DNA of 64,000 nucleotides from Collinsella sp. (GTDB taxonomy: Bacteria; Actinomycetota; Coriobacteriia; Coriobacteriales; Coriobacteriaceae), in contig DAWBRY010000004.1 in the NCBI GenBank assembly GCA_052281595.1, forward strand, positions 67,854 to 131,853. Direction: 5' to 3'. Below, one piece after another: positions 56,163 through 64,000 of the stretch. The notes under the pieces were generated by a model. It was not told the DNA's origin, did no database searches, and saw only the letters and a program-made list of their open reading frames with translations. The position numbers and the translations under genes were made by a program. Every line of letters starts with the position of its first letter. Position 1 is the first letter of the stretch.

Positions 56163-57565
56163 TCCACCGAGTTCTCGGCGGAGTCGGCATCGATATCGGG
56201 GTTCGAGATCAGACCGTTCAGCAGGGACGGCAGGTCGATTCCCGTGCTGTCCTTCAGGCCGGATGCGACCTGATCGACAATCGATGTGGTCTCCTTTACG
56301 AGTTTTTGCGCGTTGCCCGATCCGTACATCTTGATGGAATCGACGGCAGTGAGGGGCTTCGCAACCTGCTCGGCTACCTTGGGCATGATGTCGATGTAGC
56401 GGTTGGCGAGCAGGTAGGGGTTATCCATGCCGTTGTACGCCTCGGCCTGGGCCTTGATTCCCGCCGCGACGCCCTCGCCGTGGGCCTTCTCGGCCACACC
56501 CTCGGACTCGCCCTTCAGGCGCGTGGCCTCGGCCTCGGCCTTCGCGCGGGCCTGGATGCCCTCGGCGTCCTTCTGGGCGGAATACAGCTCGGCGTCGGAT
56601 TGGTTCTGACGCTCGATGCGGGCGGCCTCGGCCTGCTTCGTGCGCTTGTAGAGGTCGGCTTCGGCCGCCTGCTCTGCGGCGTAGCGGTCGGCCTCGGCCT
56701 GCTTCTTCACGGTCGCGTTCAGCTCGCGCTCCCTCACGTCCGCCTGGCGCTCGGCGAGCTCGACCTTCTTGGTCTCCGCGGCGATCTCGGCCTCCTGCTG
56801 GGCGATGTAGAGCTCGCGCTGCTTCTCGGCCGTCACGGTGGCCTTCACCATATCGGCCTCGGCCTTCGCCTTGTCGGCCTGCTTCTTGAGGTCGGCCTGC
56901 TTCAAGTCGAGCTGGTTCTGGCGGATGGCGACCTCCTCGGCCGCCTTGATCTGCGCCAGCTCGGCTTCCTTTTTAATCTCGGCCGCTTGATCGGCGCCCA
57001 TGGAGCGGATGATGCCCTGGGAGTCGGAGAAGTCCTGCACATTGAAGGTGCGCAGCTCGAGGCCGAGATTGGCGAGGTCATCCTTGGAGCCGCCGAAGAC
57101 CTTCGCGTTGAAGCTCTCACGGTCGCGCATGAGCTCCTTGAGGTCCATCTGGCCGATGACCTCGCGCATCTTGCCCAGCATGACCTCGGTGACCTGGCGG
57201 GTCATCTCCTCTTTGTCCAAATTCAGGTAGTTCTTGGACGCGGTCTCGATCAGCTCGGGGGTCTGGCCGATCTGGAAGTTCGCCACGGCGCAGGCGTGGA
57301 TGAGGATTGCGTCCTGCGTCGGGATATCGTTCTCGGTGGTCAGCTGCACCTGCACGGCACCGAGCGAGAGGGTGTCCACGCGCTGGAGGAGCGGGATCAC
57401 GAAGGTTCCCTTGCCGGAGACGGAGCGCATCTTGCCGGCGCCGGAGACGATCATGAGCTTATCCGGCGGGCATTTGCGCCAGCAGCTCTCGAACACCAGC
57501 ACGACGGCCATGATGCCGACGGCTGCGGGGAGCAGGTTGAAGATCAAAGATTCGAAAAGCATCAT
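56159..57565 (-). CDS. Flotillin / SPFH (band-7) domain protein.
   Basis: N-terminal TM, SPFH core (…VQVQLTTENDIPTQDAILIHACAVANFQI…) and a long EA-rich coiled coil (AEAEATRLKGESEG…). Confidence 0.8.
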   Translation of the reverse strand: MMLFESLIFNLLPAAVGIMAVVLVFESCWRKCPPDKLMIVSGAGKMRSVSGKGTFVIPLLQRVDTLSLGAVQVQLTTENDIPTQDAILIHACAVANFQIGQTPELIETASKNYLNLDKEEMTRQVTEVMLGKMREVIGQMDLKELMRDRESFNAKVFGGSKDDLANLGLELRTFNVQDFSDSQGIIRSMGADQAAEIKKEAELAQIKAAEEVAIRQNQLDLKQADLKKQADKAKAEADMVKATVTAEKQRELYIAQQEAEIAAETKKVELAERQADVRERELNATVKKQAEADRYAAEQAAEADLYKRTKQAEAARIERQNQSDAELYSAQKDAEGIQARAKAEAEATRLKGESEGVAEKAHGEGVAAGIKAQAEAYNGMDNPYLLANRYIDIMPKVAEQVAKPLTAVDSIKMYGSGNAQKLVKETTSIVDQVASGLKDSTGIDLPSLLNGLISNPDIDADSAENSVE

Positions 57566-57682
57566 AGGGTTTCCTTCCCTTCAAGGGCGGCTCGGGCAGA
57601 GCCGCCCGGTTATAGATAACTCCGTCGGGGGCGGACCGGGCTCACGATCGGCACGACACCGGTTCAGTCCAACCGTCGGGAC

Positions 57683-58075
57683 TCAAAGGCGGCGGCGATC
57701 ATGTAGCTCCAGCAATTCGTATAAGAGGAGAGGCAAGGCCATCGCGAAGAGAGACGGCAGTAAGATGTAGTAAAACGCTGATCTTATAATGATGTCGTCG
57801 GCCGTCATCAGGGCCTCGAATGCTTTCAAGGCCTCGTCTGGTTCCGCATCGGAAACCAATTCGCCCTGACTGCTTTTCATATCGGCTTGTTCGGTCGCGT
57901 CGCCGACAGGCGCACTTCCGTTCAGGTCGACGTCGACGACGACATGATCACCGTCGTCGGAGATCACGGCGGCGGTCGCGTTCTCGGCGTAAGCCGCGGG
58001 CGCGATGCAGCCGAACGATGCTGCGGCTATGGCCATGGCGACGAGCGGCCCTGCCGCCCTTGCGGGTATCCTCAT
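57683..58075 (-). CDS. Secreted/anchored small protein (signal peptide plus C-terminal TM).
   Basis: MRIPARAAGPLVAMAIAAASFGCIAPAAYA…C-terminal YYILLPSLFAMALPLLLY. Confidence 0.45.
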   Translation of the reverse strand: MRIPARAAGPLVAMAIAAASFGCIAPAAYAENATAAVISDDGDHVVVDVDLNGSAPVGDATEQADMKSSQGELVSDAEPDEALKAFEALMTADDIIIRSAFYYILLPSLFAMALPLLLYELLELHDRRRL

Positions 58076-58199
58076 TTCCGTTCTCCATTCCTTTTCGGGG
58101 CGCGCCCTCCCTCGGCGCTGTCCGTTTCCCCTCAGGTGGTTATTCCCCGTATCCGGCGGCTTAAACGCCGGATACGGAAAACGGCCGGAAACAAGGCGC

Positions 58200-58335
58200 C
58201 CACCGAGGCTGGAGCCCGATGGGCGCGTGTGCGGCTATGTGCATGTGCGTAGATATGCCGACGTGCATGTGTTCCATTGTGCGAGTGTGCGTATGCGCAA
58301 CTGCGTATGTGTGCGTGTATGCGTATGTGCGATTG
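58200..58335. repeat. ATGCG/TGTGCG-rich repeat, copy 6.
   Basis: gtgcggctatgtgcatgtgcgtagatatgccgacgtgcatgtg…gtgtgcgtatgcgcaactgcgtatgtgtgcgtgtatgcgtatgtgcgattgcgg. Confidence 0.55.
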
Positions 58336-58341
58336 CGGAAC

Positions 58342-58560
58342 CTACAGGAGCGTATCGAAACCGGGCCTGCCCAGATCCTGGCGAATGCTGCCGGTCGTGA
58401 GCTCGACGTGCGGGCGGCCGTCGGCGCCGAAGACGAGGTTCGTGGCGCCTGCCCCGGGGACCACCGTATCCACCTGCCCCGTCGTGAGATCGTACCGCAT
58501 GTTGCCGACCTGCTGCTCGATATGCGCCGTGCCGTCGGGTTTCAGAACGTTCCTGATCAT
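58342..58560 (-). CDS. Small hypothetical protein flanked by repeat copies 6 and 7.
   Basis: RBS AAAGGTGG before ATG 58560. 72 aa. Confidence 0.35.
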   Translation of the reverse strand: MIRNVLKPDGTAHIEQQVGNMRYDLTTGQVDTVVPGAGATNLVFGADGRPHVELTTGSIRQDLGRPGFDTLL

Positions 58561-58564
58561 GGCG

Positions 58565-58645
58565 TGCCACCTTTACGCATATATGCGGATGCGGATGCAT
58601 GGGTATGTGCGGATGCGCGGTTGAGCGTTTGCGTGTGTATGCCAA
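58565..58645. repeat. ATGCG-rich repeat, copy 7.
   Basis: tacgcatatatgcggatgcggatgcatgggtatgtgcggatgcgcggttgagcgtttgcgtgtgtatgcc. Confidence 0.5.
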
Positions 58646-58679
58646 AGCGCCTGCGGGCGCATCCGCACCCCCCATGGTA

Positions 58680-59732
58680 TCAGTGTCGGGGCGCGGAGTC
58701 CTTCGAGACCTCGCGGGCAGCGTCGGCGACCTTGCCGGGCGACGGCTTCTCGGCCGCCGAGGACGCGGCGGCCTTCCGGGCGACGGCGGCGATGGAGGCC
58801 GGGGTCCTCTCCGGCCTCACCCAGCCGTAGGCCTCGGCCATCTCCTCCATGTCGACGATATCCCGATTGAGATATACCGGCGAGATCTCGCCGGTATAGG
58901 CCTGCTCCAAGTCCTCGACGATCGCGTTCTCCGCGAGGAAGTTGTCGCTCGCCAGGCGCCAGTCGCCGTCGGTCTGCTGGAAGAGGACCGGGTCGGCCCC
59001 CTCGTCGGTGTAGTAGACGAGCGTCGACGCTCCTTGCGCCTCGCCGGCCTCGACGGCATACGAGAACGTCTTCGCCTTCAGGTCGGCGATGCGGAAGGCG
59101 GCGTCGCCGACGCCCCAGCCCTCGGCGAGATCGGCGTCGACGGCATATGCATCAGCCTGCGACACGCTATCCAAGCCGCCCATGATGCAGTAGCCGTCCA
59201 CCATGCGGAATACGCCAAGGGTGCGCGTATCGGGACCGTTGCCCCGAGCCCGAACGGAATCCAGGGAGTCCTTCAGGCCGACCGCAGCCGGATAGGTCGA
59301 GCACAGGTAGACCAGGCCGTCCGCCGGGACGTCGCCGTGGACGCCGCGGTCGAAGACGCAATAGCCCTTTCGCCTCGCGCTGTCCAGTGCGGATTCCAGG
59401 GCGCCCAGGGCGGGGGCGGCCTCCTCGACCATGAGCACATCGGCAAGCGCCGAGACGAGTTCCCCGCGATAGGTGTTCTGCGGAACCTTGCCTCCGAGCG
59501 CCTTGCAATCGCTCAGGAACCGCTCCCTTCCGCGACCGTCGTCAAAGCTATCGAAAAGGTCCACGGGGATCGTCTCGATAGCCTCCTTCCACCCGTTCAA
59601 CGTGAAGCCAACGGTTCGGCCCAGTTCGTTCAAAAAGCCGACCTCGACGGTCTCGTGAACCAAATGGCCGACCGAAACGATACCGCGGTCGAAGGCCTCG
59701 TTCAGCATGATCTCGAGCTCTCGCCTGTCCAT
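58680..59732 (-). CDS. Hypothetical protein carrying an array-like tail (…AAVARKAAASSAAEKPSPGKVADAAREVSKDSAPRH) outside the array.
   Basis: 350-aa ORF with an Ala/Lys-rich C-terminal tail resembling the array tails. Confidence 0.5.
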   Translation of the reverse strand: MDRRELEIMLNEAFDRGIVSVGHLVHETVEVGFLNELGRTVGFTLNGWKEAIETIPVDLFDSFDDGRGRERFLSDCKALGGKVPQNTYRGELVSALADVLMVEEAAPALGALESALDSARRKGYCVFDRGVHGDVPADGLVYLCSTYPAAVGLKDSLDSVRARGNGPDTRTLGVFRMVDGYCIMGGLDSVSQADAYAVDADLAEGWGVGDAAFRIADLKAKTFSYAVEAGEAQGASTLVYYTDEGADPVLFQQTDGDWRLASDNFLAENAIVEDLEQAYTGEISPVYLNRDIVDMEEMAEAYGWVRPERTPASIAAVARKAAASSAAEKPSPGKVADAAREVSKDSAPRH

Positions 59733-59802
59733 CTTGAAACTCCATTCCGTTGCCGGGGCGCTTCAGGCCCGTGTGCGTACTCCCACAAGATGCTAACGCG
59801 GC

Positions 59803-60147
59803 CTAATGACGGGGCTGTTTGCGCGAGCCCGCGCTTTCCGAACGGGAAGCGCCGTCGGGCCGCACCGTCCGCAGGCGCCGCGCAAGCGCCCGGATCTCGA
59901 AGCACGCGTCGAAGCGGTGTGGCATCCCCTCGCCCGCCCAGAGCATCCCGGCGCGCCCGGTCGCGATCCGGTCGACGCGGGTGAAGTCCAGCCCCAGCAT
60001 ATCGCAGATGCCCCTCACCTCGTCATGGACCGGCGAGCAGGCGCACCGCATGGCGCCATCGCCCGAGACCTCGCCGTCGAGCCCGAGGCCGTACAGCTCG
60101 TCGCCGTAGAGCGCGGCGATGTGCTCCTCGGCCTCACCGGCGGACAT
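59803..60147 (-). CDS. Hypothetical protein.
   Basis: RBS GGAGAAG before ATG 60147. The upstream ORF extension is repeat sequence. Confidence 0.35.
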   Translation of the reverse strand: MSAGEAEEHIAALYGDELYGLGLDGEVSGDGAMRCACSPVHDEVRGICDMLGLDFTRVDRIATGRAGMLWAGEGMPHRFDACFEIRALARRLRTVRPDGASRSESAGSRKQPRH

Positions 60148-60184
60148 GTCCTCGATCTTCTCCACGGGAAACCCCAATCCCTCA

Positions 60185-60300
60185 GGGAGGGCGCGCGGCC
60201 GTGCGCCCTCGTATGTGCGTATCTGTGCGGGTATGCGCATGCGCAAACGCGCAGATGTGCGGACGCGTATGTGCATACCCATGCGGACATCAGCGAGGAA
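60185..60300. repeat. ATGCG-rich repeat, copy 8.
   Basis: gtatgtgcgtatctgtgcgggtatgcgcatgcgcaaacgcgcagatgtgcggacgcgtatgtgcatacccatgcgg. Confidence 0.55.
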
Positions 60301-60490
60301 GCCCGCGGACGAGCGATGCGAAGTCCGCATCGACGCGCGACCGGTCCAGCTCCCAGAGGTCGGCGATGAAGTCGAGCAGGACCCTCACCGTCCCGGTGCG
60401 CTCGGGTCGCGGGAGGCGCGGCACCAGCAGGACGACGGAGTAGAGGGCCTGCTCATAGCTGCGCCCCTCCTGGGGGGCACGGCGGCTCAT
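60290..60490 (-). CDS. Small (66-aa) ORF translationally coupled to the DnaC-like gene (ATGA overlap).
   Basis: MSRRAPQEGRSYEQALYSVVLLVPRLPRPERTGTVRVLLDFIADLWELDRSRVDADFASLVRGLPR. Confidence 0.3.
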   Translation of the reverse strand: MSRRAPQEGRSYEQALYSVVLLVPRLPRPERTGTVRVLLDFIADLWELDRSRVDADFASLVRGLPR

Positions 60491-61518
60491 CGCCCGGCTC
60501 CCTCGGCATCGCAGGGCGCCATGCGGCGGTCCGGTCCGTCCATCTTGACGCGCTCGGTCATCTCGGCCAGGCGCGAGACGATAGCCAGGGCGTCCTCCTT
60601 GCGGCCGTACTCCGACAGCACCGCGGCGAGGCCCGCCTGGGTGTACTGGCTTGTCACGATCGTGGCGCGCTCGGCCTCGTAGCGGCCGTTGACGATCTGG
60701 AACAGCTTCGCGAGCACCCACTGGGTCGAGGAGTCCTTGCCCAGGTCGTCGATGATCAGGACCGGGACGTTCACGTACCTGCGGATGACGTCGGCCTCGC
60801 TGTCGCCGCCCTTGTCGAAGGTCGAGCGGAGCTCGGTCATGAGGTCCGCCGAGACGACGAACCTGACGCCGTGCTTGGGCCTGCCCTTCGGGACCGGGCG
60901 GTACGCCCAGTTGCCGAAACGGGGGTCGAGGCGCGAGCCGGCGTAGTCGTAGGCGATGCAGCATGCCCGCTCGGTCTTGCCCACCCCGCGCGGCCCGTAG
61001 ATGTACAGCCCGCCGCCGCGCGCGAGGCGCGCGTCGTAGGCATGCTCCGGGGCGGCCTCGCCCTCGGCGATGCGGCGGGCGAAGCGCGGCGGGATGCCGG
61101 TCTTGCGCACGACCGCCTCATGGAACGCGCGGTCGGTCGCGGCGAGGGTGGCCACGTCCGCGACCTCGAGCGGCGGCAGGGCGCCGAGGGCGGGAAGTGT
61201 GGCGGGCGCGGCGGCCGGGGCCTCGGGCACGGGTGCCGGAACCGGAATGGGTGCCGTGGGCGCGGGCGCGGCGGCGCGGGGCTCCGGTTCGAGGTAGTGC
61301 GGCCCCTTCTCGTGCCATGCGTCGGCCTCCGCCTTCCAGTCGAGCACCGGCGTGCCGTCCGCCCGACGCCAGACACGGGCGTCGTGGTAGGCGTAGAAGA
61401 AGTTTCCGTAGAAGGCGTTGGCGGCGCCGCGGTCGTCGTAGCCCTTCCCGTGGACGTAGGCCTCGACTTCCTCGAGCGTGGGCTTGGGCGGCCTCGCCTG
61501 CGCTTGCGTCTCGTTCAT
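60487..61518 (-). CDS. DnaC/IstB-like AAA+ helicase-loader ATPase with an N-terminal 'phage conserved' domain.
   Basis: Walker A IYGPRGVGKTERA. Walker B VLIIDDLGKD. The N-terminal segment VEAYVHGKGYD…FYAYHDARVWRRADGTPVLDWKAEADAWHEK is homologous to the C-terminus of the upstream initiator. Confidence 0.7.
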   Translation of the reverse strand: MNETQAQARPPKPTLEEVEAYVHGKGYDDRGAANAFYGNFFYAYHDARVWRRADGTPVLDWKAEADAWHEKGPHYLEPEPRAAAPAPTAPIPVPAPVPEAPAAAPATLPALGALPPLEVADVATLAATDRAFHEAVVRKTGIPPRFARRIAEGEAAPEHAYDARLARGGGLYIYGPRGVGKTERACCIAYDYAGSRLDPRFGNWAYRPVPKGRPKHGVRFVVSADLMTELRSTFDKGGDSEADVIRRYVNVPVLIIDDLGKDSSTQWVLAKLFQIVNGRYEAERATIVTSQYTQAGLAAVLSEYGRKEDALAIVSRLAEMTERVKMDGPDRRMAPCDAEGAGR

Positions 61519-61540
61519 CTCGGTTCTCCCTCCGTCTGAG

Positions 61541-62953
61541 CTAATCGTCGTTGAACTCGCTGAAATCGCTGTCGGCGGCCACGCGCTCGGCGACGCTCAT
61601 GGCCCTCTTCGCGCCAGACGGGCCGGACTTACGGGCGGAGCGCGGCGCTGGCTTGCGGCGCCAGGTGTTCACGACGTTCTTCCATCGGACGATCGGCACG
61701 CCGCCCGCGCGGACCCAGCCGGTGGCCTCGTAATAGTCGAAGAACTCGTCGGGGTCGAGGACGCGGTAGGCGGGATTGTCCGGGTCGGGGGCGTCATAGC
61801 CCTTCTCGTGCACGTACTTGCGGACCTGCTCGCGGGTCGGCGCCTTCGACGGCGCGGCCTTCTCCTCCGCCGCGGCCACGGCGCCGGAATCGACGAGATC
61901 GGCCCTCAAGTCGTAGAACCTCAGGCCGTTTCCGGCGGCGAGGAACTTGGGCAGCGACATGATGTAGCGGCCGTCGGTGTGCGATGCCGCGTACTCGCGG
62001 CGGTAGGTGTCGTAGGCGCGGCCGATGCGCGGGAGCGTCCAGCCGTCCGCCAGCGCGCGGGCATAAGCCTCGGCGACGTCGGCGAAGACTTCGGCCTTGC
62101 CGATGGACATGCGCATGAGGGCAAGCACCTCGGCGTTGGAGACCGGGACCTCCGTCTCGAGCCCAAGGCCCTCCTCCGATGCGACCTTCACGACCGTGAC
62201 CGAGTCGCCCGCGCAGCCCGACATCACCGAGTTTTCGACAGATGGCAGCGCGTCCGCGCGCCCTCTCCCACTAACATCAATAACAACATCCTTGTTAGTG
62301 TCGCAAAAATTGGTACACGGTGAAAACGTTTCCCCAGTTGGGCCCGTGTACCAATTTTTGGTACACGGTGAATCTAGTTGCAAACTAACGTTAGTTTGGT
62401 CGCCCGTGTACCAATTTTTGGTACACGGAGAATCCTGCGGGTTGTTGATAACCTCGTTTTCGACCCCCTCCCCCGGCAAGTTTTCAACAGCGCCCGCCCC
62501 AGTCGATTTCGAGTTATCGACAGGCACGAAACGGCGCTCCTCGGGGATCTCGGCATTGACCACGTAGCGGTTCGAGAGATAGCGCCCTTGGCCCTGCGCG
62601 CGACCCTGGTGCACGCTGATGTAGCCGCACTCGACCAGGGTTCGGCGGTGGCGGTAGTAGGTGTTGCGCGACATCGCGAGGTGGGTGCAGATCGTGTCCA
62701 CGGACGGGAACAGCGAATGGGTGCCCGCGCCGGCATGGGCGCAGAAGTAGGCGTAGACGCCCTTGGCCGACGACGACAGGCGGGTGTCCTCGGTCGCCTT
62801 GGCCGAGACGATGCCGAAGCCGCGCTCCATGAGGTCGCCGCCGAAGACGACGACCGCGCCGTCGCGGTCCAGGATCTCGAACGTCTCGTCGAGCTCGTCG
62901 CGGGTGCGGCCGGCGGGCTGCGCCGCCATGCCGCGCTCCTTTGCGCTACTCAC
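61541..62953 (-). CDS. Phage-type replication initiator / replisome organizer (N-terminal HTH) with the origin iterons embedded in its linker.
   Basis: N-terminal …GVYAYFCAHAGAGTHSLFPSVDTICTHLAMSRNTYYRHRRTLVECGYISVHQ (wHTH). The linker encodes SPCTKNWYTG ×3 from the palindromic DNA repeats. The C-terminal domain is shared with the loader's N-terminus. Confidence 0.6.
   Translation of the reverse strand: MSSAKERGMAAQPAGRTRDELDETFEILDRDGAVVVFGGDLMERGFGIVSAKATEDTRLSSSAKGVYAYFCAHAGAGTHSLFPSVDTICTHLAMSRNTYYRHRRTLVECGYISVHQGRAQGQGRYLSNRYVVNAEIPEERRFVPVDNSKSTGAGAVENLPGEGVENEVINNPQDSPCTKNWYTGDQTNVSLQLDSPCTKNWYTGPTGETFSPCTNFCDTNKDVVIDVSGRGRADALPSVENSVMSGCAGDSVTVVKVASEEGLGLETEVPVSNAEVLALMRMSIGKAEVFADVAEAYARALADGWTLPRIGRAYDTYRREYAASHTDGRYIMSLPKFLAAGNGLRFYDLRADLVDSGAVAAAEEKAAPSKAPTREQVRKYVHEKGYDAPDPDNPAYRVLDPDEFFDYYEATGWVRAGGVPIVRWKNVVNTWRRKPAPRSARKSGPSGAKRAMSVAERVAADSDFSEFNDD
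62295..62430. repeat. Iteron cluster / candidate oriV. Three copies of the palindrome CCGTGTACCAATTTTTGGTACACGG (one is a half-site) plus the palindrome CAAACTAACGTTAGTTTG, in a ~45% GC island.
   Basis: Copies at 62299-62321, 62342-62367 and 62402-62427. Second palindrome at 62379-62396. All lie inside the initiator gene. Confidence 0.6.
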
Positions 62954-63335
62954 GGCGCTGCACCCCCTCCCGCACGACCTCGGCGGGGATCGGGACCATG
63001 CAGAGCTCCCCGTCCCGGTCCTCGCCGTAGGGCGTCACGATGTCGACGATGTAGCCGCCGCGCTCGAGCGCGGCCAGCGCCTCGTCGTAGTCGCGGCGCG
63101 GCAGGCCGGCCTCGGCCGCCGCGATGTCGCGCGCCGGGCACTCGATCGCCACCGACATGGGATCGCGCGCCACGATGCAGCAGAAGACCGACTTCTGCTC
63201 GAGCGTGAGGTCGCCGTCGTCGAAGATCGGGCGGATACGCCGCGCCCAGAACCTATCGCCGACCGTCATCCTCGCCGTGCCGGCCTGCCTCCCGGCTGAC
63301 TCTTTCCTTCCCATATGCCATCCCTCCATGGTCAT
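62946..63335 (-). CDS. Hypothetical protein, first gene of the replication operon.
   Basis: 129-aa ORF immediately 3' of repeat copy 9. Confidence 0.4.
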   Translation of the reverse strand: MTMEGWHMGRKESAGRQAGTARMTVGDRFWARRIRPIFDDGDLTLEQKSVFCCIVARDPMSVAIECPARDIAAAEAGLPRRDYDEALAALERGGYIVDIVTPYGEDRDGELCMVPIPAEVVREGVQRRE

Positions 63336-63349
63336 CCATCGCGGGCCCG

Positions 63350-63485
63350 CGCCCGCATCCTGTGTCTGTATCTACCCAAATGTGCAGATGCGTAATCGCA
63401 CAAATGCGCAAAAACGAAAATGTGCGGTTGCGTATATGCGCATATGCGTACATGCGTATGTATGCTGATGTGTGGGATGAAAAAG
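63350..63485. repeat. ATGCG-rich repeat, copy 9, 5' of the replication operon.
   Basis: tgtatctacccaaatgtgcagatgcgtaatcgcacaaatgcgcaaaaacgaaaatgtgcggttgcgtatatgcgcatatgcgtacatgcgtatgtatgc. Confidence 0.55.
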
Positions 63486-63513
63486 GCACAGGCCGTTTGG
63501 ACCCGTGCCTGAA

Positions 63514-63876
63514 TCAACGCGCGTCGACCTTGAGGAAAGTCGATACCTTGATCTCGCTCTGCCCGCCGGCCTCGGCCCTCCTCGGACGGCCGTCGAGAAA
63601 CGATGCCGCCCTCGCCTCGGCCAGCTCCCCCTCGAGCACCACGGCGACGCCGGGGGCGAGGGAGGCCGCCACGGCCATCGCCACCGGGCCGAACGCGACG
63701 CAGTGGAACCTATGCTCCACGCGGCGCGAGCCCGCCGCCTTCTCCTGGGACAGGCAGAAGCGCGCGTGCGCGGGCCCCCTGTCCGGCTCCGTGAACTCCA
63801 CGGGCCCGAACACGAGCCCCGACACCACGATCCTGTTGACCGTTTCCAAACCCCGGCTCCTTCCTTCCCAAGCCAT
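63514..63876 (-). CDS. OB-fold SSB-like protein, tentative.
   Basis: …VNRIVVSGLVFGPVEFTEPDRGPAHARFCLSQ…RRVEHRFHCVAFGPVAMAVAASLAPGVAVVLEGEL…IKVSTF resembles SSB/PriB β-strand spacing. There is no acidic tail. Confidence 0.35.
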   Translation of the reverse strand: MAWEGRSRGLETVNRIVVSGLVFGPVEFTEPDRGPAHARFCLSQEKAAGSRRVEHRFHCVAFGPVAMAVAASLAPGVAVVLEGELAEARAASFLDGRPRRAEAGGQSEIKVSTFLKVDAR

Positions 63877-64000
63877 CCGTCTCGGAGGTTAAGCCGCCGA
63901 CTGCGGCGGCCTGGGGCTCTTTATGCCCACTGAGGGGGAGTTTCAAGGTAGCGCGCAGAGATGTGGTGTAAGAGGCGGGGCATGCCCCGCCTCTTCCCTT

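Noticed and set aside
56072-57619. 515-aa plus-strand ORF
   Set aside because: It is antisense to the flotillin/SPFH gene. Its Leu/Gly/Arg composition is repetitive.
1-64000. CRISPR arrays, tRNA/rRNA genes, integrase or attachment sites, and T4SS (VirB4/VirD4) genes
   Set aside because: No short direct repeats with unique spacers were seen. No tRNA-like GGTTCGA-type T-arm with an acceptor stem was found outside coding context. No tyrosine/serine recombinase or T4SS ATPase motifs were found among the ORFs. If present, they lie outside this window.

Overview
This is a high-GC (~65%) actinobacterial-type window that appears to be almost entirely one mobile genetic element (a mobilizable or conjugative plasmid, or a phage-plasmid-like island). 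Its maintenance and transfer genes are:
- MobC-like RHH protein plus a MOB relaxase (29.6-32.3 kb, minus strand), with a candidate oriT hairpin just upstream.
- ParA/ParG partition genes and a canonical SSB (36.7-38.9 kb).
- A phage-type replication module (60.5-63.0 kb): an HTH initiator with an AT-rich palindromic iteron cluster embedded in its own gene, plus a DnaC/IstB-like AAA+ loader.
- A PIF1/RecD-type SF1 helicase (52.9-54.7 kb).

Two accessory/defence islets are present:
- 20.5-26.5 kb: an AbiEi/AbiEii pair, a Fic protein preceded by nested inverted repeats, an IS200-TnpA remnant, and an 833-aa metallophosphoesterase.
- 45.9-52.8 kb: a three-gene operon of a PD-(D/E)xK nuclease with Zn ribbon, a DinG/XPD-like Fe-S SF2 helicase and an 842-aa protein, architecturally reminiscent of pPIWI-RE modules.

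The most unusual feature is a ~19-kb plus-strand array (1-20.3 kb) of at least 18 paralogous and mosaic cargo genes. Almost all end in a conserved ~20-aa C-terminal tail (…AAAKKAAG-x-VS-x-G-x-DGGGK[HKR][ILH]). The tail is conserved at protein level even where the nucleotides have diverged. The array has shuffled internal domains and a reiterated terminator/promoter/RBS intergenic cassette.

A second recurring non-coding element, an ATGCGTAAACGCA-rich low-complexity repeat (9 copies), sits immediately 5' of nine minus-strand transcription units in the backbone half. It is sometimes joined to a conserved ~70-nt block, and two such composites flank ssb.

No rRNA, tRNA, CRISPR, integrase or T4SS genes were recognised. 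Many long Arg/Pro/Ala-rich ORFs in the track are GC-driven shadows of real genes on the opposite strand or in another frame.
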